This document shows positions 47,718 through 55,443 of a stretch of 63,433 nucleotides of DNA, piece by piece. Both the position numbers and the translations under genes were made by a program. Source of the DNA: a virus (Duplodnaviria; Caudoviricetes); IMG/VR virus record IMGVR_UViG_3300044609_000580, positions 1 to 63,433 of that record. The stretch is one strand, 5' to 3'. Numbering within the stretch: position 1 is the first letter of the stretch; each line of letters starts with the position of its first letter. The notes under the pieces are model-generated. The model had not been told where the DNA came from. It made no database searches and saw only the letters and a list, made by a program, of their open reading frames with translations.

Positions 47718-50243
47718 ATGTTGCCAAATATTGAACAAGAAAATACTAAGAAGGGTGCGCAGAAACTGACACCCGAACAACGAGACGAAATTCTCGTTAA
47801 AGTTCTTGAATCTGTTAGCACGGAGTCAATGAAGTCTGTTTCTGATACATCAGTTGCAAGAATCGTAACTGATTTTGCAAAATCAATAGAACTTGCAAAC
47901 AAAGATCTAGTAGAAAATCTTGTTGATGAAGACAAAACATTATTGAAGGATGTAGTAAAAGAAATCAGCAAACTTCAAGGTAAAAATTCTGAAGATTTAA
48001 AAAGACTTGGAGAACTTGCCGAAAAGATACTGCTTTCTGCAGATAAATCTGGCAACGAGAAACTAAAGGGTGTCGGCGAACGATTAAAAGAATCTGTTCT
48101 GCAAGAAAAATTTAAGGACGCAAACGCCACACTTACGGGTGATCAGGATACATTCAAAAATCGCTTTATGCGTAATGTCACAGGAAAGACTCCTGCTGAA
48201 GCAAAGGTGCAAGGGACTAGCATATTTGGATCCGTCTTGAAAGACTTTTCATATGGATTCAGAAAAGGTCTTGGTGACAGTTTTGTCAAGGATGAAGAGA
48301 GAAGAGAAAGAATACGAGCAAAGGCAGATTACGAGAACAAAAAAGTTGCTCTCGCTGAGTCCAGCGCCAGTGATTTTGGAAAAATATTAGATTCCGTAAA
48401 CTCACCCGACCAAGATAAATTTGAAACAGGTGGTGGAGAGCAAACAACAAGTTTATCGAATCCAGACAGCAAACCTGATACATCTTCGAGAAGCGATGAT
48501 CAAGAATTAAGAGCAGGAATACGCGACACTGATCCTGCATTTAGCAGAAGTGCTACTGATGGTATTGATCCATGGGAAACTCGTTGGGCAGAACTCATGG
48601 ACACCTTAAACAAAATCAAAGACTGTGTTTGCACATGCCAATGCACAGGGAATAATGATGTTGGTCCAGATATAGATCTTCCTGACCCACGAAGAAGACC
48701 TGCGCAAAGACAAAGAGCAAGAGTAAGAGGCAGAGGAACTGGTATTCTTGCTGCTGGTGCTGCTGCGGCCGCTGGGTTGGCAGCAGGTGCAGTTGGTGCA
48801 TGGGATTGGGCAAAGGGTAAACTTGGGTTCGGCGAGTCAACCGTCGGTGCACCCGAATCTATGCCAGCATCAAGAACTACACCGAGCGCTCCTGCGAACG
48901 ACGTAACTCGAGTTCCAGGTCAAACACCAAAAGCTGTTCCAGGTCAAACACCCAAAATTGTTCCAGGTCAACAACCAAGCAGAACCTTACCAACTCCTGC
49001 GAATGACCCAGGAGTAAAAATTCCTCCGGCTGCCAATGATGATGACAGAATGGTCGAGGAGCAAAAAAAGAGAGTAAACGAACGTCCTTCATACGAAGGT
49101 CCATCGAACGACGAAAAAACTCCACCAAAAAAACCAGGAACTGCAGAACCTTCTACAAGAACAAGACCAAATGTTCCTACTGCTGCAAATGATGGTCCAG
49201 CAGCAAAACCCAAAGGTGGTTTCTGGTCCAGAGCATGGGATAAAGTAAAGGGTGCTACTGGAATAGGTAAATCTGGTGCAGGTAAACTCGGTGCAAAGGC
49301 AGCAGGTAAGTCGCTATTGAAAAAAATTCCAGGCGTAAGTATACTTGCTGGTCTTGGGTTTGGTGCACAAAGAGCATTGCAAGGGGATTTTGTTGGCGCA
49401 GGATTAGAAGTCGCGTCAGGAGCAGCAGGAACTGTTCCGTTTTGGGGAACAGCAGCTTCAATAGGAATTGATGCTGGATTGGCAGCGAGAGATCTCAATG
49501 CGCTTCCTGACAACACACCTACAACTGCAGCAAATTCTGCTCCTACTTCTTCCTTAGCATCTACTGCAGCAACAGGTGCTGCTGGTGCTGCTGGTGTTAA
49601 AGTGGCAACAGGTGCTGCTGGTGCTGCTGGTGTTAAAGTGGCAACAGGTGCTGCTGGTGCCACGAAAAAACCGAGCATGTTCAATAGAGCTGTGAATAGA
49701 GTTATGGGTTCTGCGAAAAACATGCCTGCTAAAGCATCTTCGTTCCTTGGTTCCGCTGGAAGAAAATTAGGAACTGCAGGAAGATTTGCTGGTAGAGTAT
49801 TGGGTAAAGTTGCTTTACCGCTCGCAGCAGGTATGGCAGCATACGACGCATACAAAGGTTTTAATGCAGATGAAAAGGCAACAACAGGGCAAAAATTCCT
49901 CAACGCAGGAAGAAATATTGCTAGTGGGTTGACCTTTGGGTTGGTCGATAGTACTGAAGAAAAAATGGCATCTGGTGAATATTCTGGTTCACAAATTAAA
50001 CCAGTTGGTAAGACTGCAGGATTGGAAACTGGAAGAAATCTAGATGGTGCAGTAATTGAACGTGGAACTGATATGACTGCTAAATCTGCTGCGCCAGTTA
50101 TAAACGTACCACCGCCAACAGTAATTCAAGCACCTGCCAATACACAGCAATCCCCTGTGTTCGGTTCTGGTAGAGATTATATCAACGCAAGACCAACTGA
50201 TAGCACGTGGTTAAGATTCCAAGAAAAAAGAGCAGTGGCATAA
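47718..50243 (+). CDS. Tape-measure-like protein (gp29 position)
   Basis: 841 aa, helical N-terminus, Ala/Gly-rich KSLLKKIPGVS...GDFVGAGLE segments; directly follows g26/g51. Confidence 0.65.
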   Translation: MLPNIEQENTKKGAQKLTPEQRDEILVKVLESVSTESMKSVSDTSVARIVTDFAKSIELANKDLVENLVDEDKTLLKDVVKEISKLQGKNSEDLKRLGELAEKILLSADKSGNEKLKGVGERLKESVLQEKFKDANATLTGDQDTFKNRFMRNVTGKTPAEAKVQGTSIFGSVLKDFSYGFRKGLGDSFVKDEERRERIRAKADYENKKVALAESSASDFGKILDSVNSPDQDKFETGGGEQTTSLSNPDSKPDTSSRSDDQELRAGIRDTDPAFSRSATDGIDPWETRWAELMDTLNKIKDCVCTCQCTGNNDVGPDIDLPDPRRRPAQRQRARVRGRGTGILAAGAAAAAGLAAGAVGAWDWAKGKLGFGESTVGAPESMPASRTTPSAPANDVTRVPGQTPKAVPGQTPKIVPGQQPSRTLPTPANDPGVKIPPAANDDDRMVEEQKKRVNERPSYEGPSNDEKTPPKKPGTAEPSTRTRPNVPTAANDGPAAKPKGGFWSRAWDKVKGATGIGKSGAGKLGAKAAGKSLLKKIPGVSILAGLGFGAQRALQGDFVGAGLEVASGAAGTVPFWGTAASIGIDAGLAARDLNALPDNTPTTAANSAPTSSLASTAATGAAGAAGVKVATGAAGAAGVKVATGAAGATKKPSMFNRAVNRVMGSAKNMPAKASSFLGSAGRKLGTAGRFAGRVLGKVALPLAAGMAAYDAYKGFNADEKATTGQKFLNAGRNIASGLTFGLVDSTEEKMASGEYSGSQIKPVGKTAGLETGRNLDGAVIERGTDMTAKSAAPVINVPPPTVIQAPANTQQSPVFGSGRDYINARPTDSTWLRFQEKRAVA
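48912..48976. repeat. Three 24-bp units (VPGQTPK)
   Basis: gttccaggtcaa repeated with period 24. Confidence 0.8.
49569..49660. repeat. 36-bp perfect tandem repeat, about 2.5 copies (ATGAAGAAGVKV)
   Basis: gcaacaggtgctgctggtgctgctggtgttaaagtg at 49569 and 49605, partial at 49641. Confidence 0.9.
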
Positions 50244-50245
50244 TG

Positions 50246-50278
50246 AAATGGGGGAGCGAAACGCTCCCCCAAGTTTTT
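50246..50278. terminator. Terminator between convergent genes (tape measure / g32)
   Basis: GGGGGAGCG-AAA-CGCTCCCCC stem with T-rich flanks on both strands. Confidence 0.8.
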
Positions 50279-51203
50279 AGTCATCAGCGAGACTCGAGAA
50301 GTAACTCATCGTGTCATCGTCACTGTCTTCCTTCCAAGGTGGACTGTCATCTGTTGTCTTAGCAGCAGGTGCATTTCGCATCTTGGTTTCAACGAACAGT
50401 TCGTCTTCAGCATCAAGCGGATTAACCTTCTCCGCAGTTGCCATACGCGAACCACCACCTGTTAGAACAGCATTCATCTTCGCCTTCAGTTCATCATATG
50501 ACTTGAAGTTCGAAGGATCGAGGAAGGTAGCAAGCGAATGCGCACCCTTCCAGACCTGCTCCAACTTATCCTCATCATCATCAAGAGGAGTTGGACCGTC
50601 GAATTCTGACTTATCGTAGTTGCGATAACCTTCGACCTGACGAATGCGCAACTTGAAGTTAGCACCTTCCCAAAGGTCGAATGGGTTAACTGGTTTCTCA
50701 TCTTCAAACGTTGGTTGCATTACATCCTTGATCTTGTCAAAGATTTTCTTACCATACTTGTAGAGGAATACCTTACCTTCATTCTCTGGATTTGCGGGAT
50801 CGCGAATTACCAGAACGTTGGAGATGTAAGAAAGACGACGCTTTTGCTTACGAGCGATTTCCTTATTCGCTTCGATACCTGAGTTCCAAAGTTCGGAATT
50901 CAGTTCGCCGACGGGATCTGGTTTGTTGATTGTGGTCAACGAGTTTTCGATATACCACTTACCAGTTGGACCCTGGAAACCATGATCAAAAACGCGAACC
51001 CAAGGAAGTTCCTCACCTGCTGGAGCAGGGAGAAAACGCAGGACTGCCTGACCATTACCTGCCTTATCGACAGTTGGTTTCCAGAAGCGATCGTCGTCGC
51101 CACGCTTTTCATTTGATGGATTTGCGATTGACTCAACTGCCTTCATGAGTGAGTCGAAGTTTCCGCGATTCTTACGAAGTTCGGATAGTGAATTAATAGA
51201 CAT
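50277..51203 (-). CDS. g32: Single-stranded DNA-binding protein
   Basis: DDRFWKPTVDKAGNGQAVLRFLP, YGKKIFDKI, NPFDLWEGANFKL and YRNYDKSEF; acidic C-terminal tail. Confidence 0.97.
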   Translation of the reverse strand: MSINSLSELRKNRGNFDSLMKAVESIANPSNEKRGDDDRFWKPTVDKAGNGQAVLRFLPAPAGEELPWVRVFDHGFQGPTGKWYIENSLTTINKPDPVGELNSELWNSGIEANKEIARKQKRRLSYISNVLVIRDPANPENEGKVFLYKYGKKIFDKIKDVMQPTFEDEKPVNPFDLWEGANFKLRIRQVEGYRNYDKSEFDGPTPLDDDEDKLEQVWKGAHSLATFLDPSNFKSYDELKAKMNAVLTGGGSRMATAEKVNPLDAEDELFVETKMRNAPAAKTTDDSPPWKEDSDDDTMSYFSSLADD

Positions 51204-51233
51204 ATTTGTATTTCCTTATATTGCGATGTATGT

Positions 51234-51410
51234 TTAATATTTGCGGTTTGTATTATAATCATCGTAGTCATCATACTCTTCAGCATCATTACTACCTGAG
51301 TATTTATACAGGTTCTTACGGTGTTTATTTGATTTATCAACACCTTTACGTACTTCTCTTACTTTTGGTTCATCATTGCCCCAATAGTCCCTGCTTCTTG
51401 AATTACCCAT
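51234..51410 (-). CDS. Small charged hypothetical protein (58 aa), not in the ORF track
   Basis: MGNSRSRDYWGNDEPKVREVRKGVDKSNKHRKNLYKYSGSNDAEEYDDYDDYNTNRKY; ATG directly follows the g59 stop. Confidence 0.6.
   Translation of the reverse strand: MGNSRSRDYWGNDEPKVREVRKGVDKSNKHRKNLYKYSGSNDAEEYDDYDDYNTNRKY
51301..51308 (-). promoter_or_regulatory. Late promoter TATAAATA upstream of g32
   Basis: Exact consensus about 100 nt before the g32 ATG. Confidence 0.6.
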
Positions 51411-52013
51411 TTAACAGACCACTTGGCCTTTCTCCTTGATCCATAGTTGAGAGAATTTCGACCGATCGATTCGAACGAACGGACGATACTTAATTATCAA
51501 AAGATTTAAATCATTCCAGATAAAATCATTCAACAATTCAGTATTTAGATTATACCTGAAATCTAGTAGTTTGTCAAGTATAATAACTGTTTCTAGTGAA
51601 ATTTTTTTACCCAACAGCATCTTAATTACTATTGGATGTTGATTGTCGTAAGATACAAAAGGATCTTGCTCTGACTTGTCTGCTTCTAAGAGTAAGCGAC
51701 TAATATCGTCAGCGAACATGTATGACAACCGATCGTGTCTACCTTTCCACTTTTCATAGATGTCATCAGAATCTGCACTAAAGATGCCGCCGTTCTTATC
51801 TCCTGCTGCAAAGTTTGCAACAAAGTAGTTGATAATTTCTTGACGAGCGACGAACTTCTTCGCCAGTTTCCTGAATAGGAAAACATCTCTTCTTTTTAAG
51901 AAGGCAGACTCTGACGACTTGACAGCACCTTTAGTAACGGTGATGTCATAAGACGCAGTAGTGAAATGTAGTTTAAGTGCCATATAGAGGCGATAAACTT
52001 CATATGCTTCCAT
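51411..52013 (-). CDS. g59: Helicase loader
   Basis: YRLYMALKLHFT...YD, FLKRRDVFLFRKLAKK, ISLETVIILD and KYRPF motifs; g33-g59-g32 synteny. Confidence 0.92.
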   Translation of the reverse strand: MEAYEVYRLYMALKLHFTTASYDITVTKGAVKSSESAFLKRRDVFLFRKLAKKFVARQEIINYFVANFAAGDKNGGIFSADSDDIYEKWKGRHDRLSYMFADDISRLLLEADKSEQDPFVSYDNQHPIVIKMLLGKKISLETVIILDKLLDFRYNLNTELLNDFIWNDLNLLIIKYRPFVRIDRSKFSQLWIKEKGQVVC

Positions 52014-52282
52014 TAAAGTGGTAATTTCCCGCCAGATTTACGCTTCAGCATATTTAGTTCTTCTGCTTCTGCTCTAATCTTTTCTTTAAGAGAAGTGGTG
52101 AGTAAAACAGCAACTGACTCCATCTCAATATCTTTTTTGACACAATAGTCAAGAAGAATATCCAAACAAGGAATACCATTCTCGAATGATTGTTTCTCTA
52201 TGAATTGAGAGAACTCAGTTGCTGAATTATACTCTTTTGTAATTAAAAATTCATTGGTTACTTCAGAACCATCCATTACCAT
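52013..52282 (-). CDS. g33: Late transcription coactivator
   Basis: FSQFIEK...LKEKIRAEAEELNML...KLPL; start at MVMDG. Confidence 0.88.
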   Translation of the reverse strand: MVMDGSEVTNEFLITKEYNSATEFSQFIEKQSFENGIPCLDILLDYCVKKDIEMESVAVLLTTSLKEKIRAEAEELNMLKRKSGGKLPL

Positions 52283-52293
52283 ATTCAAAGTTA

Positions 52294-52899
52294 TTATCCT
52301 GCATAAAAAATGTGATCGCCGATTTTTGTAACACGCTTTAAATTCCATCTTGGATTAACATAATCCGCATGGTAGAATAAAACGTTACGTCCAAGTATAC
52401 CCTGATTTGCCCCAGAAAGCAATACTTTTTCAGCAATTTTTTTAGATTCTGAATATTGCTGGGCACTACGCACAGTCTTCTTTCCTTCGCATACCCATGA
52501 GAACTGGCAGACACGCTTTGTTCTCTGATACACGACTGAGCATACAGACTTCGGGAACTTGGGACTTTTTACGCGATTGATAGTTACTGCAGCAACCGCC
52601 AACTTTCCTTGAGTCGACTGGTTTCCTGCTTCAAAGTAAATATTGTCTGCTAGACACTTCAATTCGCGATTATTTGCTAAATGTATGTTTTGGGTTTCAA
52701 TTTTTCTTAGTGCGGTTTTCTTCTTTTCTTCTGCCGCATCTTCTTTAATCTCTTGGATTACTTCTACAAAGCCGAGGGAATATTCCCTCGTATCTCTCTC
52801 GATAGCATCTTCAGCATATGAATTGATTCCATATAAACTATATACTAATACTGTAAAAATCGAAAGAAACTTGAAAAACTTCTTGTTAAAGGAAGTCAT
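52294..52899 (-). CDS. Cell wall hydrolase (SleB / Hydrolase_2) with N-terminal membrane anchor
   Basis: CLADNIYFEAGNQ, AVAAVTINRV, CQFSWVC, FYHADYVNPRW and IGDHIFY motifs. Confidence 0.92.
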   Translation of the reverse strand: MTSFNKKFFKFLSIFTVLVYSLYGINSYAEDAIERDTREYSLGFVEVIQEIKEDAAEEKKKTALRKIETQNIHLANNRELKCLADNIYFEAGNQSTQGKLAVAAVTINRVKSPKFPKSVCSVVYQRTKRVCQFSWVCEGKKTVRSAQQYSESKKIAEKVLLSGANQGILGRNVLFYHADYVNPRWNLKRVTKIGDHIFYAG

Positions 52900-52969
52900 C
52901 TTATTTCCTAATACTTGTTAAACTTGAGAGGGTATTATCCAGTGACTCCCCACACTGGTGTCCGAAGAC

Positions 52970-53015
52970 AAAAAAACCTACTATGCGTGCTTTTTCAAGT
53001 AGAGGCGTAGTAGGT
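52970..53015 (-). terminator. Intrinsic-terminator-like hairpin in the hydrolase leader
   Basis: ACCTACTA...TAGTAGGT stem followed by a T run. Confidence 0.6.
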
Positions 53016-53018
53016 CAT
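52995..53018 (-). CDS. Candidate leaderless mini-ORF MTYYAST
   Basis: ATG exactly 5 nt after TATAAATA; overlaps the 5' arm of the hairpin. Confidence 0.4.
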   Translation of the reverse strand: MTYYAST

Positions 53019-53023
53019 GCAAA

Positions 53024-53031
53024 TATTTATA
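53024..53031 (-). promoter_or_regulatory. Late promoter TATAAATA
   Basis: Exact consensus, intergenic. Confidence 0.75.
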
Positions 53032-53074
53032 AGTGCAGAACCGTAGTGGAACTCGGTCCACCTTCTTCTTAGAA

Positions 53075-53381
53075 CGGTTGATAGTTTTATTCTGTTTCGA
53101 GGAAAAACTATCAAAAACCCAATGAGATTATGCGGCTAGCGCATATCCTGCAAAGGCAACGTTATCGTTTGCATTTACTTTTAGTGGGCGCTTTACCCAG
53201 TCAATCAGTCTACTCTCGCCTTCAACTCGCAGTCGAATCCTAAGTACACCCCCATCAACTATACACTGGATCATTGAGTATTATCAGGCATCTTACGCCC
53301 TCTCCCCAATGTATAGATGGTGGAGGTGAGGGGAGTTGCACCCCTGTCCTACGCAGCATTCAGTTTGTATCAACAACTGAT
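53075..53381 (-). ncRNA. ssrA: Circularly permuted (two-piece) tmRNA
   Basis: Acceptor piece ends AGGGG-TGCAACT-CCCCT-CACCTCC-A-CCA (53318); 64-nt intervening segment; coding piece starts GGGGGTG (53253), pairs with a G3.U70 wobble, and encodes ANDNVAFAGYALAA-stop (53172-53128). Confidence 0.93.
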
Positions 53382-53385
53382 AATC

Positions 53386-53416
53386 TATTTATACTATACA
53401 TGACGTAGGAAGTCAA
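53386..53416 (-). promoter_or_regulatory. Overlapping sigma70 and late promoter for the tmRNA
   Basis: TTGACT-N17-TATAAA, where the -10 element is part of TATAAATA. Confidence 0.75.
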
Positions 53417-53631
53417 GTATTTTTTACCATGGTTCCCCATTTTATTTTCAACCAAATTCTTTCATGAACGTAGTAGTCTACACTCAGCATTAAATGTAAG
53501 ACAGTTGAAAAACCTGTCGCTTCACCGATATTTCCAGTAAACAGGTATGTCCAAAGAATCGTGAACAACCATGCAGATACTCTGTATGAAATACCTCGAA
53601 CTAACGTGCGTGTTTTTGTTTCAAACATCAA
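53413..53631 (-). CDS. DUF2061-like small membrane protein
   Basis: ETKTRTLVRGISYR...YYVHERIWLKIKWG pattern. Confidence 0.8.
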   Translation of the reverse strand: MMFETKTRTLVRGISYRVSAWLFTILWTYLFTGNIGEATGFSTVLHLMLSVDYYVHERIWLKIKWGTMVKNT

Positions 53632-54535
53632 TTTGATTCCTTTCCACGATATACGGAGGATCGCCTGTATTAGAGAGTTTAAATGTCAAACGATTTAACA
53701 ATCTGTTCTCGAAAATCTGATCAGTTTCTTGACGACGTTTATGCAGTGTTAACAACTGATCACTCAAAACAATGTCACCAACTTTCCAATCATGATGATA
53801 CATAAACTTTTCTTGGAAGAAGTAATCTTGTAAATCTTGGAATAACGATCCGTCGTCGCCATCGATCTCACAATCGTTATTCGTGTAGAGATAGATACCC
53901 TTGACACCACCTGCATTTTCTTGCTCTAACCACATTTTATATTCATGCTGATTCTTAAGCATGTATTCTCGTTGACGGTCATCCATTACGTCAGACCATT
54001 TTAAGAAGTTATACCGAAAGTTTGCATACTTACCTTTTACTCGCGCATACAACTCAGGTGGCATTTCTGCCAATGCGATAGCAGTATTCATCCAAGATGT
54101 TCTGGTTCCTTCAACACCCTTAATGCCTTGCAATGCAACACCATCGGCGCGATCTGGACCATTAAGATTACAATGCCAATCTAGTTTCCCAAGAGGGAAA
54201 ATACCATTGTATTTCCCATCCTTCGATTTCTTGCCAGTTACTGCCTGTATGGGGAAAAATTCTGATTTATCCCAATTATCTATGTCAGGATATTCCGTAA
54301 ACATCGGACGCATATTTCCATCAAAATCAGAACTCAATTGGTTCCAATTAGAAATACCACCAATCTCGTGGATCAGTCTTGCATAATTTATGGTGCCAGT
54401 ATCCTGCTCTCTGAATACGACGATGAGTTCCTTCAACAACAACTCTCGGATATAGTTACTATCTTCTTGCGTGAAGTTTGTAATATCAAATCCCAAAACT
54501 TCTACTGCGCCATAATCTAGTTTGTTAACTTGCAT
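53621..54535 (-). CDS. TauD/TfdA-family dioxygenase-like protein
   Basis: LIVVFREQ, LDWHCN, TSWMNT and YHHDWKVGDIVLSDQLLTLHKR; start at MQVNK. Confidence 0.82.
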   Translation of the reverse strand: MQVNKLDYGAVEVLGFDITNFTQEDSNYIRELLLKELIVVFREQDTGTINYARLIHEIGGISNWNQLSSDFDGNMRPMFTEYPDIDNWDKSEFFPIQAVTGKKSKDGKYNGIFPLGKLDWHCNLNGPDRADGVALQGIKGVEGTRTSWMNTAIALAEMPPELYARVKGKYANFRYNFLKWSDVMDDRQREYMLKNQHEYKMWLEQENAGGVKGIYLYTNNDCEIDGDDGSLFQDLQDYFFQEKFMYHHDWKVGDIVLSDQLLTLHKRRQETDQIFENRLLNRLTFKLSNTGDPPYIVERNQIDV

Positions 54536-54552
54536 ATTATCACCTTCAAATT

Positions 54553-54729
54553 TTATGCTTCCCAAGGAAGTTTTTTTCCAACCGAACCCCATTTACCCTT
54601 GGGACAGGATGCACGATTAAGTTTTGTTTTTACAGGCATCAAACATCCGCATTGACTGCATATGCGTTTATGCATTAAATGCTCGCATTCCAAACAAATT
54701 TTCATCCTTTGTTCGGACAGTTCACTCAC
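54553..54729 (-). CDS. Small Cys-rich protein
   Basis: RMKICLECEHL...CSQCGCLMPVKTKL...CPKGKW; probable GTG start. Confidence 0.7.
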   Translation of the reverse strand: MSELSEQRMKICLECEHLMHKRICSQCGCLMPVKTKLNRASCPKGKWGSVGKKLPWEA

Positions 54730-55405
54730 TGGTATAATACCCATTTTCATAATAGTCGCGAGTGCGAAGAAGTTTCTTCACCCAGTCATCACGCTTTTCA
54801 ATGAACACTTGTGGAGCATCGTCCTCGACTGCGATTAGAATTACCAACCATGGAACAGGAATACCAGTGCGTTCTTCATACATGATAGCATATGCTGCTG
54901 TCTGCATGAAGTAACTTTCAATGTAAGATTTAGATTTCGCTTTGTTGGAAGTCTTGAAATCAATAACAGCACGTTTACCATTATACTCAGCAATACAGTC
55001 GACACGACCTGCCATGCGCAGGTGATCACTATAGAGTGCAAGTTCCTGACAATGAATGTTGCTGATTGGATCTAAGATAGGTTTAAACTTGTTAAACATC
55101 TCAACATCAAGCATCGATGCTTTAACTTCATCAATCTTGTCACTAACGTTTTCGTTCTTGAGATACGTTTCGGTTAGTGTGTGAATCTTAGTTCCACGAG
55201 TCGATGCTTTGTTTGAGATCTTGTTTGCTTCTTCTTCGCCAACACGCTTTCGCCAAGCAGCGATAGAGTCGCGAGAGAGAACTCCTAGAACGGTGGTGGC
55301 AGAGGGATATGCAGTGCCACTGGCATTTACATAAACTCTACCACCATCTTCGCTCGTAGTTGATTGGGCAAAATCTTCATATTCATATATCGTTTCAAAC
55401 ATCAT
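54722..55405 (-). CDS. PD-(D/E)xK exonuclease
   Basis: YPSATTVL, RGTKIH, AGRVDCIAEY, IDFKTS and YFMQTAAYA motifs. Confidence 0.9.
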   Translation of the reverse strand: MMFETIYEYEDFAQSTTSEDGGRVYVNASGTAYPSATTVLGVLSRDSIAAWRKRVGEEEANKISNKASTRGTKIHTLTETYLKNENVSDKIDEVKASMLDVEMFNKFKPILDPISNIHCQELALYSDHLRMAGRVDCIAEYNGKRAVIDFKTSNKAKSKSYIESYFMQTAAYAIMYEERTGIPVPWLVILIAVEDDAPQVFIEKRDDWVKKLLRTRDYYENGYYTSE

Positions 55406-55411
55406 ATATCC

Positions 55412-55439
55412 ATTATACTACATTTTACAGAAAAGTCAA
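55412..55439 (-). promoter_or_regulatory. Sigma70-type promoter, probably giving a leaderless exonuclease mRNA
   Basis: TTGACT-N16-TATAAT, then 6 nt, then ATG. Confidence 0.65.
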
Positions 55440-55443
55440 GCCC

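Noticed and set aside
48968-49903. 311-aa antisense ORF inside the tape-measure-like gene
   Set aside because: Shadow frame of Ala/Gly/Pro-rich codons that lack antisense stops; no start signals or recognisable motifs
53318-53350. T-arm plus CCA considered as a standalone tRNA or attP fragment
   Set aside because: No D or anticodon arm upstream; its partner strand lies downstream with a tag ORF, which fits a permuted tmRNA; no integrase nearby
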